Shown piece by piece: positions 10,050-19,410 of a DNA stretch of 64,000 bases. A program made the position numbers and the translations under genes. Positions within the stretch are counted from its first letter, which is position 1, and each line of letters begins with the position of its first letter. Under the pieces are notes generated by a model. The model saw only the letters and a list, made by a program, of their open reading frames with translations. It had not been told where the DNA came from and searched no databases. Source of the stretch: Gemmatimonadota bacterium (GTDB lineage Bacteria; JBHIER01; G020348925); the NCBI GenBank assembly GCA_020348925.1, contig CP070758.1, forward strand, positions 2,495,688 through 2,559,687, read 5' to 3'.

Positions 10050-11138
10050 ATGTTGCTGCGATTGACAGAATTATCACAAGAACCTTTATATAAGCAACTT
10101 ATAGCCCAACTTTCTGAGCGAATTTCAAATGGAGAGCTTTCGATAGGGGCAGTATTACCAACTATCGGGAAAATGGCCCGGAAACATCATGTCAACATGA
10201 ATACAGTCAGACGGGCATACAATGAGTTGGAAAAGGTCGGTTTCATCCAACGTAAGGGCGAAGACAGTGCCGTTGTGACCTTTTCTCCTCCCCGGCTGGG
10301 ACGAATTTCTGCAGGACATAAATCCATCACCCTTCATTCCCTCACTGGTACGACCACCCCTCTCTTTTCCGAACCTATGGAAAAACGCGAATTGAACGAC
10401 CAGCTGGTTAAAGTCCACCAGATTCAGACAAACCTGTTGCCCAAGAAATTACCTGAAAATGAATTGCTCTCCGTTGTGGCGCATTGCCATCCCTCTTACA
10501 TCGTGGGGGGTGATTTCTATGACTGCATTCAGATCGACGAATACCGTTTCGGCTTCGCCATCGCCGACGCTTGCGGCAACGGACTGCCGGCCGCAATGCT
10601 TATCTCACAAATCCAGGCCATGCTCAAGAGCGAGCTCAATAATGGAAACCGAATCAGACGGATTCTGGAGAACATGAACCGACAGGTCTTTCAAAACTCC
10701 CCGGAAGACAGATTCGTCACCTTCTTTTTCGGAGTGCTCGATACATCCACCGGTCACTTCAGGTACGTCAATGCCGGCCACAATTACCCAATTCTCATGC
10801 GAGGCCATGGCAATCCAGAAAGGTTGGAAGTTGGCGGTCTGGCTTTGGGCATGTTTTCTGATACGACCTTTGAAATCGGGCAGGTGGTTCTCACAGATGG
10901 AGATATTCTTCTGTTCTTTACAGATGGACTGACAGAAATAAGGAACGATTTACACCAGGAGTACGGAGAACAAAGACTGCTGTATATTCTCGATCGTTGC
11001 CGGCATAGAAACATAGAAAACATTTTGAGCGATGTGTTAAAAGATGTAAGAACCTTTGCCGGAACGGAATCCTGGCAGGACGATTGCACCGTTATGCTTG
11101 TCAGGATCGGCAGGAGATTCTCTCATAGATCTGAATAG
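10050..11138 (+). CDS. GntR (YtrA-like) winged-helix domain fused to a SpoIIE/RsbU-type PP2C phosphatase
   Basis: N-terminal PLYKQL...LPTIGKMA...VNMNTVRRAYNELE; PP2C motifs GGDFYD, IADACGNG, NAGHNYP, FTDGLTE, QDDCT. Confidence 0.9.
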   Translation: MLLRLTELSQEPLYKQLIAQLSERISNGELSIGAVLPTIGKMARKHHVNMNTVRRAYNELEKVGFIQRKGEDSAVVTFSPPRLGRISAGHKSITLHSLTGTTTPLFSEPMEKRELNDQLVKVHQIQTNLLPKKLPENELLSVVAHCHPSYIVGGDFYDCIQIDEYRFGFAIADACGNGLPAAMLISQIQAMLKSELNNGNRIRRILENMNRQVFQNSPEDRFVTFFFGVLDTSTGHFRYVNAGHNYPILMRGHGNPERLEVGGLALGMFSDTTFEIGQVVLTDGDILLFFTDGLTEIRNDLHQEYGEQRLLYILDRCRHRNIENILSDVLKDVRTFAGTESWQDDCTVMLVRIGRRFSHRSE

Positions 11139-11145
11139 GAGCACG

Positions 11146-11523
11146 ATGCTTTTAAACCTGACCGATCTTTCCGACGAGCCGCTTCAAAGCCAGCTGGCAA
11201 GGCAAATACGGGCAAAAATTTTGGCGGGGGAATTATCCGCCACGGCTCCCTTGCCTTCAATTCGAGCCCTGGCACGAGAGCAGAAGGTGAGTGTCATCAC
11301 CGTTCAACGGGCTTACGAACATCTCATGCGGGAGAACCTGATTCATTCCAGACGAGGAAAGGGCTTCTTTGTATCAGAAGTGCCTCGCACCCAAAAAAAG
11401 GATATGGCTGTAGATCGGCTTAAGGATCATCTTGAGCGCCCTGTGCGCGATGCGATTTCGGAGGGACTGACGGTGAAGGAAATTAAAGCAGCACTGGGGG
11501 AGATTATTTCAAAGATCGGTTGA
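11146..11523 (+). CDS. GntR family regulator, YtrA subfamily
   Basis: AGGAG RBS then ATG 11146; LPSIRALA...VSVITVQRAYEHL...RRGKGFFV; short helical C-terminus. Confidence 0.9.
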   Translation: MLLNLTDLSDEPLQSQLARQIRAKILAGELSATAPLPSIRALAREQKVSVITVQRAYEHLMRENLIHSRRGKGFFVSEVPRTQKKDMAVDRLKDHLERPVRDAISEGLTVKEIKAALGEIISKIG

Positions 11524-11619
11524 AAAGCCTAAGCCTTAGCTTAATCCGACAAAGGAGCCAGGAATTCGGCATTAAAGAAAAACTCAAACGAAACACATAA
11601 GATCCAAAGGAGAAGTACG

Positions 11620-12504
11620 ATGGAAAAAGCATTTCACTTCAAAAACGTAGTTAAGAGATATCCTGAATTTCAGCTCGGGCCGCTCAGCCTGGAGTTGGAA
11701 CCAGGGGTTGTCCTCGGTTACATCGGGCCGAATGGATCGGGGAAGACAACGACGATGCATTGTCTCACAGGTCTGGTCAAGGCGGATCAAGGCGAAATGT
11801 ATGTCTTCGAGCGCAGGAACGATCCGAACAAACCCGCATGGAAACTCGATATTGGATACGTCGGGGACGTCCATGTATTCTACGAGCGTTGGTCCGGTGA
11901 GAAAAATTTGCGGTTCCTCTCCCAGTTCTACCCGAACTGGTCCCATGAGCGAGCTCAGGAACTGGCCCGGCGTTTCAATCTCCCTTTAAACAAAAGAGCC
12001 AAGGATTTATCCAGTGGGAATCGTGTCAAATTATCCCTCATCTCGGCTCTGGCTCATTCTCCGAGATTATTACTTCTCGATGAGCCGACCTCGGGGATTG
12101 ATCCGGTCGTTCGAACAGAAGTACTGGATGTTCTCTTCGAAGTTTTGGAGGATGGAGACAGGGCCATCTTCTACTCCACACATATTTTGTCAGATATCAG
12201 TCGTCTCGCCGACGAATTGGCCTTTCTGGATAACGGTCAAGTTATGCAGAGATCCGCAAAGGACGACCTGACCGACACCTGGCGAAAAATTTCCTTTCGC
12301 CTGGATAAAGAGTTGGTTCCTTTGGAGGCAATGGTAGATCGAAAACAGGAAGGTAATGACTATCAGGTCATCAGCTCGAACTTTGAAGCCACCGTGCAAC
12401 ATCTCCGTGAGCTTGGTGCTGAAAACATCCGCGAAAACCGCATGACGATCGACGAGATTGCCGTCCAGATATTGAAGGGTGGAATTCATGTGGCGAGTTC
12501 TTAG
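11620..12504 (+). CDS. ABC transporter ATP-binding protein (YtrB / ABC-2 exporter type)
   Basis: Walker A GPNGSGKT, signature LSSGN, Walker B LLLLDEP, H-loop STH. Confidence 0.95.
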   Translation: MEKAFHFKNVVKRYPEFQLGPLSLELEPGVVLGYIGPNGSGKTTTMHCLTGLVKADQGEMYVFERRNDPNKPAWKLDIGYVGDVHVFYERWSGEKNLRFLSQFYPNWSHERAQELARRFNLPLNKRAKDLSSGNRVKLSLISALAHSPRLLLLDEPTSGIDPVVRTEVLDVLFEVLEDGDRAIFYSTHILSDISRLADELAFLDNGQVMQRSAKDDLTDTWRKISFRLDKELVPLEAMVDRKQEGNDYQVISSNFEATVQHLRELGAENIRENRMTIDEIAVQILKGGIHVASS

Positions 12505-13195
12505 TGCCGAATTACAGTATAACAGGTATGTTGCGATTTACATACTGACACTCTCTGTCTTGAGTTTCATCAGCGTGCATTTCTACACACCCATATTCGG
12601 AAGGCCAATGACGTACACGAATGCAGGCATCATCTCGTCCGGTCATATGTTCTTCTTTTTTGTCGGTACGATTCTTGTCTCAGCCTGGTGGAAAGAGCGC
12701 ACCTATCGCAGTCATGTCTTGCTCCCTCTCGGAGCATGGAAAATTGGAGCAGTGCGATTCGGGATGTATCTGATTTATTGGATTTCACTCCTCTGTATCT
12801 ATTTCATCTGGAGTCGTATTTCTCAGCATTTCACTATTGACGCCAAGATGATTTCCGTCCTGTGCACACAAACAGGCTTTATATTGATTGTTTTCTCACT
12901 TATTTTCTTTTGGAGCGATCTCCGTGAATCGACAATTAAGAATCGAACAATTCTCAGGATGCCGGGAAAGAAAGTATTTGGCTTAGCAACCTTGGTCACT
13001 ATCATGCTCATTTCATTTATCAGTATGGCCGGGACCGTTCACACGTACCAAAGAAAATGCACAAGCCAGTTTGACCGTTTTTTGTGCTGGGTGTACCAAT
13101 CTGAAACTGGACCGGTTTTTTTCATCGCACTGGGTCTCTGTTTCGCCATGCTCACAATTATGACTTTCGGACGTCGAAGATCATACTTTGATTGA
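12488..13195 (+). CDS. Multi-pass membrane protein, ABC-2 permease-like paralog 1
   Basis: About 6 hydrophobic segments; starts MWRVLSAELQYNR, ends RRRSYFD; overlaps the ATPase stop. Confidence 0.8.
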   Translation: MWRVLSAELQYNRYVAIYILTLSVLSFISVHFYTPIFGRPMTYTNAGIISSGHMFFFFVGTILVSAWWKERTYRSHVLLPLGAWKIGAVRFGMYLIYWISLLCIYFIWSRISQHFTIDAKMISVLCTQTGFILIVFSLIFFWSDLRESTIKNRTILRMPGKKVFGLATLVTIMLISFISMAGTVHTYQRKCTSQFDRFLCWVYQSETGPVFFIALGLCFAMLTIMTFGRRRSYFD

Positions 13196-13217
13196 CTATG
13201 ATAAAGGAGTCAACACC

Positions 13218-13880
13218 ATGGAAGAATCATTGAAATTCAATATGTGGCACGTTTTAAAAGCGGATCTCCAATATCACAGGCTGGTCATCGGAACCGTTTA
13301 TACCATCGGCATTATGATGCTTATTGGAGACCTCGCTTTAAACATATTCGACATATATATGATCTTGGGAATCACAACGCTGTCCTTTTACGCCGGGATG
13401 TGGATCATTGGAGCAACGGACAACAAAGAAAAACGAGACCGACATCAAACGGCTCTTCCGAACTCAATCGAAAGACAAAGCACCGTGCGCCTCATGTTTT
13501 GTGTTCTTTTTCAGACAGGTTTACTGATTATGTGGCTTCTCCTCCTTCTTCTCAAATACGCTGGTGATGCCAATCGACTTGTCTGGGATATCTTCTCCAT
13601 AAATGCCCTCAATCTCATCATTATAATGCTTTTCGTTATCTATGCTGATTTAGGTGAAGTGGGAAAAAAATTGTATCGATATCTTTTTTTAGGGTCGGTT
13701 TTACTCATTCTATTCTTTCTCATCTATCTCAGTATTATCGATACTCTCCAATATCCTCTTTCTTTTGGACCTGAGATCAGAAAAACCCCAGTGGAGACAG
13801 CGGTGTATAATATCGTCTGTATCGTTTTAATTTATTTCGATCATATAATCTTCTTAAAGCGCAGATCGTATCTTGATTAG
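13218..13880 (+). CDS. Multi-pass membrane protein, permease-like paralog 2
   Basis: AAGGAG RBS; MWHVLKADLQYHR...EKRDRHQTALP...RRSYLD. Confidence 0.8.
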   Translation: MEESLKFNMWHVLKADLQYHRLVIGTVYTIGIMMLIGDLALNIFDIYMILGITTLSFYAGMWIIGATDNKEKRDRHQTALPNSIERQSTVRLMFCVLFQTGLLIMWLLLLLLKYAGDANRLVWDIFSINALNLIIIMLFVIYADLGEVGKKLYRYLFLGSVLLILFFLIYLSIIDTLQYPLSFGPEIRKTPVETAVYNIVCIVLIYFDHIIFLKRRSYLD

Positions 13881-13892
13881 GAATTTATCACT

Positions 13893-14576
13893 ATGTGGAA
13901 ACTCTTCTGGACAGAATTGAAATATAACAGGCTCTTGATATCTATTGCCTACATATTCTGCCTGATCTGTTTTGTCACAATATGGTTTGGTGTACGATAC
14001 GAACATAATCGCGTGCCGTTATTCATGCTTATAATTCTTGTCACAACGTTTATGATTCATTTTACAGTTGAAGGGAGTCGAACAAAAGAGAACAGAAACA
14101 GAATGCAAGTGGTACTACCAATTCCAAGTACTATCATTTATGTCAGTCGTTTTTCTCTATCTATTGTCTTATGGATAAATATCGGACTGTTGTTAGTGAT
14201 TAGTCAGCGTATCGTGCAATCTCTTTTCAATAGTTCCCTAATGATACCCACTGCCAATCAGCTCCTTTCTGTGAATGGATTGGTCTTAATCATAACTGTC
14301 GCTTATCTTCTCAACTCGGATAAAAATACAGTTTTTTCGCGCGGTTCCCTCAGAGTCATGACTTTTATTGTTTGGTTGGGTTTTTACGTGGCTGCACTGG
14401 GACCTTTCTTTATTCTCACAGATTTTTTAGGTGCGTTCGGGCAACACACCCCTCTCCAAGCAACATTAATGAATGTAATATCATCGACATCAGGGAGTCT
14501 TACCCTCAATCTGTTAGGTTTGTCCCTCGTCCTCATGAGTATAATTATTTTTATCAGGAGGAGATCATTTGTCTAA
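13893..14576 (+). CDS. Multi-pass membrane protein, permease-like paralog 3
   Basis: MWKLFWTELKYNR...ENRNRMQVVLP...RRRSFV. Confidence 0.8.
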   Translation: MWKLFWTELKYNRLLISIAYIFCLICFVTIWFGVRYEHNRVPLFMLIILVTTFMIHFTVEGSRTKENRNRMQVVLPIPSTIIYVSRFSLSIVLWINIGLLLVISQRIVQSLFNSSLMIPTANQLLSVNGLVLIITVAYLLNSDKNTVFSRGSLRVMTFIVWLGFYVAALGPFFILTDFLGAFGQHTPLQATLMNVISSTSGSLTLNLLGLSLVLMSIIIFIRRRSFV

Positions 14577-16860
14577 ATATATCGATGTTAAAAATATTAC
14601 TCGGATTTTAAACCTGTTCATTGTCTCAGTCTTATTGGGATGTGGGAACCAGCAAAAGCATTCAGAAAAGGTTACAATTGAATTCCGACTCGCCGAAACG
14701 ACCCCGGTTGAAGGTTTGTCCGAAATGATTATTCAAAGCTCCGGGGAGAGGTTTTTTCTCCACCAAGAGGTATTACTGTCGAACAGCGATATAGCATCGG
14801 CTTCCGTTAAAATGCACAACAATCGATCTGCTGTTGAATTGATCTTGACTGATACAGGGCGAGACAAACTGGCCGAAGTAACACAGGAAAACATCAATAA
14901 CCGCATGGGAATGCTTATAGACGGAAAACTGGTGTCAGCTCCCCTCATTCAGGCTCCGATACGCGTGGGCAAGGCAATCATCGACGGAGGATTTTCTGAA
15001 AACGAGGCGCTTCGTATTGTACGTTACATTGAAAGTGGACGAAAGATCGCAGGAAGGATACCACGATTTCACTTGAAAGACGCAAAAGGATTTATGCACT
15101 CATACATGGCGGCCCTCAGGACCGGAGACAAATCCGAGATCTCCTCCTTCTGGAGTAAAATATCGTTGAACAGGGAAGGTTTTGGTTACATGCATCTGTG
15201 GATCGGTGCGTGTCTACCGATTTCCGAATGGACAACCTTTTTCGAAGAGAACGACTATACCTATCACATAAACTCCGTCAGCACCGAGAAGGATCATTAC
15301 ATAATTCATTTCGACTGGATTGAGGGAGATACATCTAACGGAAAAAATGAATCCGAGACGCACCCCATGCGGTATTATATCGTTTGGGAGGATGAAGAAT
15401 GGGTTTTGATAAATCCCATCGACATCCTAACGAGGGACTGGTCCATATACGAGAGCGAGTATTTCATTTTTCATTATCCAGCACAGATCAACATCGAAGA
15501 CCATTTTTCAGAACTTCATTTCATGGATCGAGGATACGAAAAATTAATTGAATCGCTACACATATCCCCTGCAGAAAAAATAGAGTATTATAAAGCCCGA
15601 ACACCTCGAAAATGCGGAGATCTCGTCTGCTTTCCACCTGCCAATGGATATTGTGCACGCGGTCTCCCTTTTCGTCCGAATGCACCTCAGTGGTTTCACA
15701 TTGTCATCTCAACATCCTTTATTAATCTTCATGAAGTGACTCACTTGCTTGTTCCTGACGCCGATCTCTACAGCATCAACGCTGCATTTGATGAGGGAAT
15801 CGCTGTCGCTTTTGGAGGTACGACCTTTCAAACAGCCGAATACGCGCTCATTCGCACAAGAAATGCGATCGGTCAATCTGACTATGTACCCCTTGAAACC
15901 TTTCTTACAGATGAAGCTCATTTTTGGAAATACTCGTTTATAACCTACCAGGAAGCGGGGGCATTCGTAAGATTTCTGATCGACCGATTTGGAATTGAAA
16001 AGTTAAAAAAACTCTGTAACGATCCTGAAGTCGGTCAAGAATTAGCCGGTACGATTCAGAAAATCTATGGCTTTTCAATCAAGAAATTGGAACAACAATT
16101 TAAAGAATATCTGAGCGAGATCGATGTACCAGAAGTTGAATATTCCGCACCTGATAATGCAACGTTAGTCTTCTCCATGACCGATCCAGAGAACGATGAC
16201 AACGGAGACGGTGACTATGAGTACCCAGCAGACAAACGGTTTGAGAAGGGAGTCTTTGATCTGAGAGAATTCAGCGTGCTCACGGATACCAGTCGCGTCT
16301 ATTTCAGATTAAGATTTCAAAATATGATTGGACCTGTAAACTATGATGATATAGAAGAGAAGTTCTTACCTGGCACTGTTATCGCGATCTGTAAGAAGAG
16401 GGGTGCTGGAAGACACGTCCAGAAGTATTTTGATGGCGTCCGATTTGAACAGGATAGGGGTTATGACATAAAACTCACTGTCGGATTCGGAATCACAGCC
16501 TCCAACAATTTTGGGAAAGTATACTATACGACCGGAGACAACTTCAGCGACCTCTCAAATATCGAAAACAATACAATCTCATTTTCAATCCCAATTGATT
16601 TTATCGGAAAACCTCATAAGAATTGGGGGTATTTTGTGGGAGTCGGACTGATGGGCGATCGCACGATGCATTTTACCGGAGGTCCCATGCCTGTGTATAA
16701 GGACCACAGGCTTTTCATTCGTGGCGGAAATCACGAGTTCGGCAATCCGGCTTTCATCGACATTCTTCTTCCTGAAGAAAGAAACCAGAAAAAGATGCTC
16801 TCCGACTATGACCCAGGAGAAGGGAAACTGGCCGTAGTCCCCATAATCACACAAAGATGA
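14569..16860 (+). CDS. Multidomain lipoprotein: SecD/SecF P1-head-like domain, gluzincin (MA-like) peptidase, glucodextranase DOMON-like C-terminal domain
   Basis: AGGAGG RBS and TTG start overlapping the previous stop; lipobox LLGC; VTQENINNRMGMLIDGKLVSAPLIQAPI...IDGGFSENEA; HEVTH...FDEGIA; DPENDDNGDGDYEYP...GVFDLREF. Confidence 0.75.
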   Translation: MSKYIDVKNITRILNLFIVSVLLGCGNQQKHSEKVTIEFRLAETTPVEGLSEMIIQSSGERFFLHQEVLLSNSDIASASVKMHNNRSAVELILTDTGRDKLAEVTQENINNRMGMLIDGKLVSAPLIQAPIRVGKAIIDGGFSENEALRIVRYIESGRKIAGRIPRFHLKDAKGFMHSYMAALRTGDKSEISSFWSKISLNREGFGYMHLWIGACLPISEWTTFFEENDYTYHINSVSTEKDHYIIHFDWIEGDTSNGKNESETHPMRYYIVWEDEEWVLINPIDILTRDWSIYESEYFIFHYPAQINIEDHFSELHFMDRGYEKLIESLHISPAEKIEYYKARTPRKCGDLVCFPPANGYCARGLPFRPNAPQWFHIVISTSFINLHEVTHLLVPDADLYSINAAFDEGIAVAFGGTTFQTAEYALIRTRNAIGQSDYVPLETFLTDEAHFWKYSFITYQEAGAFVRFLIDRFGIEKLKKLCNDPEVGQELAGTIQKIYGFSIKKLEQQFKEYLSEIDVPEVEYSAPDNATLVFSMTDPENDDNGDGDYEYPADKRFEKGVFDLREFSVLTDTSRVYFRLRFQNMIGPVNYDDIEEKFLPGTVIAICKKRGAGRHVQKYFDGVRFEQDRGYDIKLTVGFGITASNNFGKVYYTTGDNFSDLSNIENNTISFSIPIDFIGKPHKNWGYFVGVGLMGDRTMHFTGGPMPVYKDHRLFIRGGNHEFGNPAFIDILLPEERNQKKMLSDYDPGEGKLAVVPIITQR

Positions 16861-16887
16861 GTACTACTCCGCTCAAAGGAAACCGTC

Positions 16888-17532
16888 ATGTGGAAGCTGA
16901 TTCGATCTGAGTTGCTGTATTACAAAACACTGTTAACCATTCTCTACGCCTTCGTGGTACCATTTTTCATATTCAATATCTTCAGGCAAGGTTTCGAATA
17001 ACATCTGGCCCGGGCAATGTGGATTACGGTCCCCAACATTGCTATTGCTTTGAAAAGCGAATACAAGAAATCGAAGAAGAATCCGCTCTATGCGAGGTTA
17101 CCGATACCAACACTCCATGTCGGAATCTCAAAACTTGCAATTTGGGTGCCGTACTGGTTGAGTCTCGTTTTTCTATTCACAATCAGTAGTCTCTTAAACA
17201 ATCACAGCAGAATAGAACAGTATTTTCCCTGGATTATTCTGACTCTAGCGAGTTCGATGATTATCATAGGGGCATTTTCCAGCACTGTACTGGACCTGCG
17301 TTACTGTTTGAGAGGGATAGTTATGGATCAGACTTTGGCAGCGTGTATCATACTTATCCCATGGATCTTGGCATTACTCTACCTGTTTATGAGCATTTCC
17401 GGCCCCGTCGGTCCGTATTTGGCGAGAACCTTTTTCTCTCCAGGAGTCTCGATTTCAATGACGTCCGTTGCAACCATTTTGCTCGTCCTGAGTATCATTG
17501 TTTTTAATCAACGCAGATCTTTCCTGGAGTAA
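16888..17532 (+). pseudogene. Permease-like paralog 4 with in-frame TAA at 16999-17001
   Basis: AAGGA RBS; ATG 16888 gives MWKLIRSELLYYK...GFE*HLARAMWITVP, in frame with track ORF 17017-17532, which ends RRSFLE. Confidence 0.75.
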
Positions 17533-18239
17533 TGGCAATGTGGAAATTGATAAAGGGGGAATTTTTTTACAATAAGAACATGCTTTTAGTCTGTTATACT
17601 ATTTTTATCGCTTTACTGATTACATTCGTCTACTTCCCCGGCAGAAACTTGGAACAGCCACCCGCTGCCAAATGGTTAATTGCTGCTATTTGGCAAATCT
17701 TTATTGTTTCAATTGTTGTGTGGGCTTTTTATGCTTCGGGGAGTGTCAAGAATAGACGAGCCAGGTTTCAAACAATGCTGCCTGTCTCGATCTTGCAGGT
17801 TTCGTTGATACGCTTTGTGTTGCCTCTTTTCTTCTGGTCGAGCGGAGTTTGCCTCTTTTGGATCATGCACCTTCTGGGCAGCACATCGAAAAGTGTCATC
17901 GATGTCTTCTGGACCATGTTATGTTTGATGGGCGTGTTCCTCATTATTGTATCTCTACGTTACATTGCCATAGACTTAAAAACCTCACTCATAGCTAAGA
18001 ACGTAAAATGGTTCGTCCGCAATATGGCCGGCGGTATTCTCTTAGGTATCATATTCATCGTCTATTTTTTCACAATCTATACGTATTACTCCATCAGACC
18101 GTTTCATGCATTACGGCAATATTCACCGTCGTTCCTGCTTACACCTTCGGTGGCGGTTTTGTGGACCGTAATTGGCGTAATGCTCACTTTCGCCAGTATT
18201 GTCGTCTTTTCCTGCAGACAGTCATATGTTGAGTCCTGA
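17532..18239 (+). CDS. Multi-pass membrane protein, permease-like paralog 5
   Basis: MAMWKLIKGEFFYNK...KNRRARFQTMLP...RQSYVES. Confidence 0.8.
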   Translation: MAMWKLIKGEFFYNKNMLLVCYTIFIALLITFVYFPGRNLEQPPAAKWLIAAIWQIFIVSIVVWAFYASGSVKNRRARFQTMLPVSILQVSLIRFVLPLFFWSSGVCLFWIMHLLGSTSKSVIDVFWTMLCLMGVFLIIVSLRYIAIDLKTSLIAKNVKWFVRNMAGGILLGIIFIVYFFTIYTYYSIRPFHALRQYSPSFLLTPSVAVLWTVIGVMLTFASIVVFSCRQSYVES

Positions 18240-18332
18240 TCAGCATCGTGGATCGGTTCATCGGACAACCTAAATTTGAGCTCTCAGAGGACAAGTTGTC
18301 TCATCATAGAATATGGAATCGTTGCTTCTATT

Positions 18333-18827
18333 CTATTTCTCATTTTTACTATCCCTAAGCTCAAATCGATAAGGAACGGATACGTAACACGGCACGGCCT
18401 TGTCGCTGACCTTTCCCGGCTTAAACAAAATTTTAGTAGCAGCCTGCATGGCCGCCTCATCAAGTGGGCGATGGCGAGAAGACTCCATAACGCGAACCTC
18501 CTTGACCCGGCCTTCTTCATCGACGAGAAGTCGAAGAATCGTCGTCCCCTGTATACCGGCCTTCTCCATCGACTCAGGATATTTGGGTTGTGGGTAATCG
18601 ATGATCTGAGGCATCGTATCACATTCGAAGAATCCCTCGAATCCACTCTCAGTTTGAGTCTCATCGTTAAAAAGTTGACTCGCAATTGCTTCTCCGCCCG
18701 GAAACTCTCTCGATGACAGAGTCTCACTGCCGAGCTTCATAATGTGAAAATAGATGAGGAGATTAAGACCTAAAACAAGAACCATTATCCCGAGGATAAC
18801 TGAAAGCAGTTTTTCGGACTTATTCAT
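18333..18827 (-). CDS. Energy transducer TonB family protein (N-terminal TM, TonB C-terminal domain)
   Basis: TM segment, then PQPKYPESMEKAGIQGTTILRLLVDEEGRV..V.VMESS...LDEAAMQA...FKPG...VPYRFEL. Confidence 0.85.
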   Translation of the reverse strand: MNKSEKLLSVILGIMVLVLGLNLLIYFHIMKLGSETLSSREFPGGEAIASQLFNDETQTESGFEGFFECDTMPQIIDYPQPKYPESMEKAGIQGTTILRLLVDEEGRVKEVRVMESSRHRPLDEAAMQAATKILFKPGKVSDKAVPCYVSVPYRFELRDSKNEK

Positions 18828-19410
18828 TTCCTGGCCCCCTTTTTTTGTTAAAGATGGATTGTACTTCAATTGCCGGTAACTGCGAATAACACCCTGGTAA
18901 AAGATCTACTCTCGACGGTCTCTTCAACTCAACTAAGAACGCCCTCATATTCTTCAATCCGTACACGCTTGGCTCTAAGAGTTTAAGCGTTTCCTTTTCA
19001 AAAGTGCAACCGAGCGTAGGTGATACTAATTTGAAACATGGCGTTTCTGATGAGATGGACCGTTTCCAAGGCACACGTCCAAAGAAAGTCAAAAGAAGTA
19101 GAAAAACAACAGCTGCACAGGAGTATATCATTGCCCTTCTGACGAAAAGCGGTCCGATGAGCTGATTGTCAGATCGCAACGTCTGAATCTCATTCCGTAC
19201 CCTCGCCCACATCTCTTCGATCTTGATTTCAGCATTCTCATCCTGGGGAACAACCTTGTGAAGCAGCTTTACAGCTTCACTCTCTTCCGATTGAAAAGCT
19301 GAACACTGGGGGCAGTGCCGTAAATGCTTCACCACTCTTGTGGCTTGATTCGGCTTCAGTTCGTTCTTCAGGTAATCTTCCATGAGGAGTTGGGCTTTCG
19401 TGCACCTCAT
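18820..19410 (-). CDS. Membrane-anchored anti-sigma factor with zf-HC2 zinc finger
   Basis: MRC...HLRHCPQC, one TM segment; ATGA-coupled to the ECF sigma gene. Confidence 0.85.
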   Translation of the reverse strand: MRCTKAQLLMEDYLKNELKPNQATRVVKHLRHCPQCSAFQSEESEAVKLLHKVVPQDENAEIKIEEMWARVRNEIQTLRSDNQLIGPLFVRRAMIYSCAAVVFLLLLTFFGRVPWKRSISSETPCFKLVSPTLGCTFEKETLKLLEPSVYGLKNMRAFLVELKRPSRVDLLPGCYSQLPAIEVQSIFNKKRGPGNE

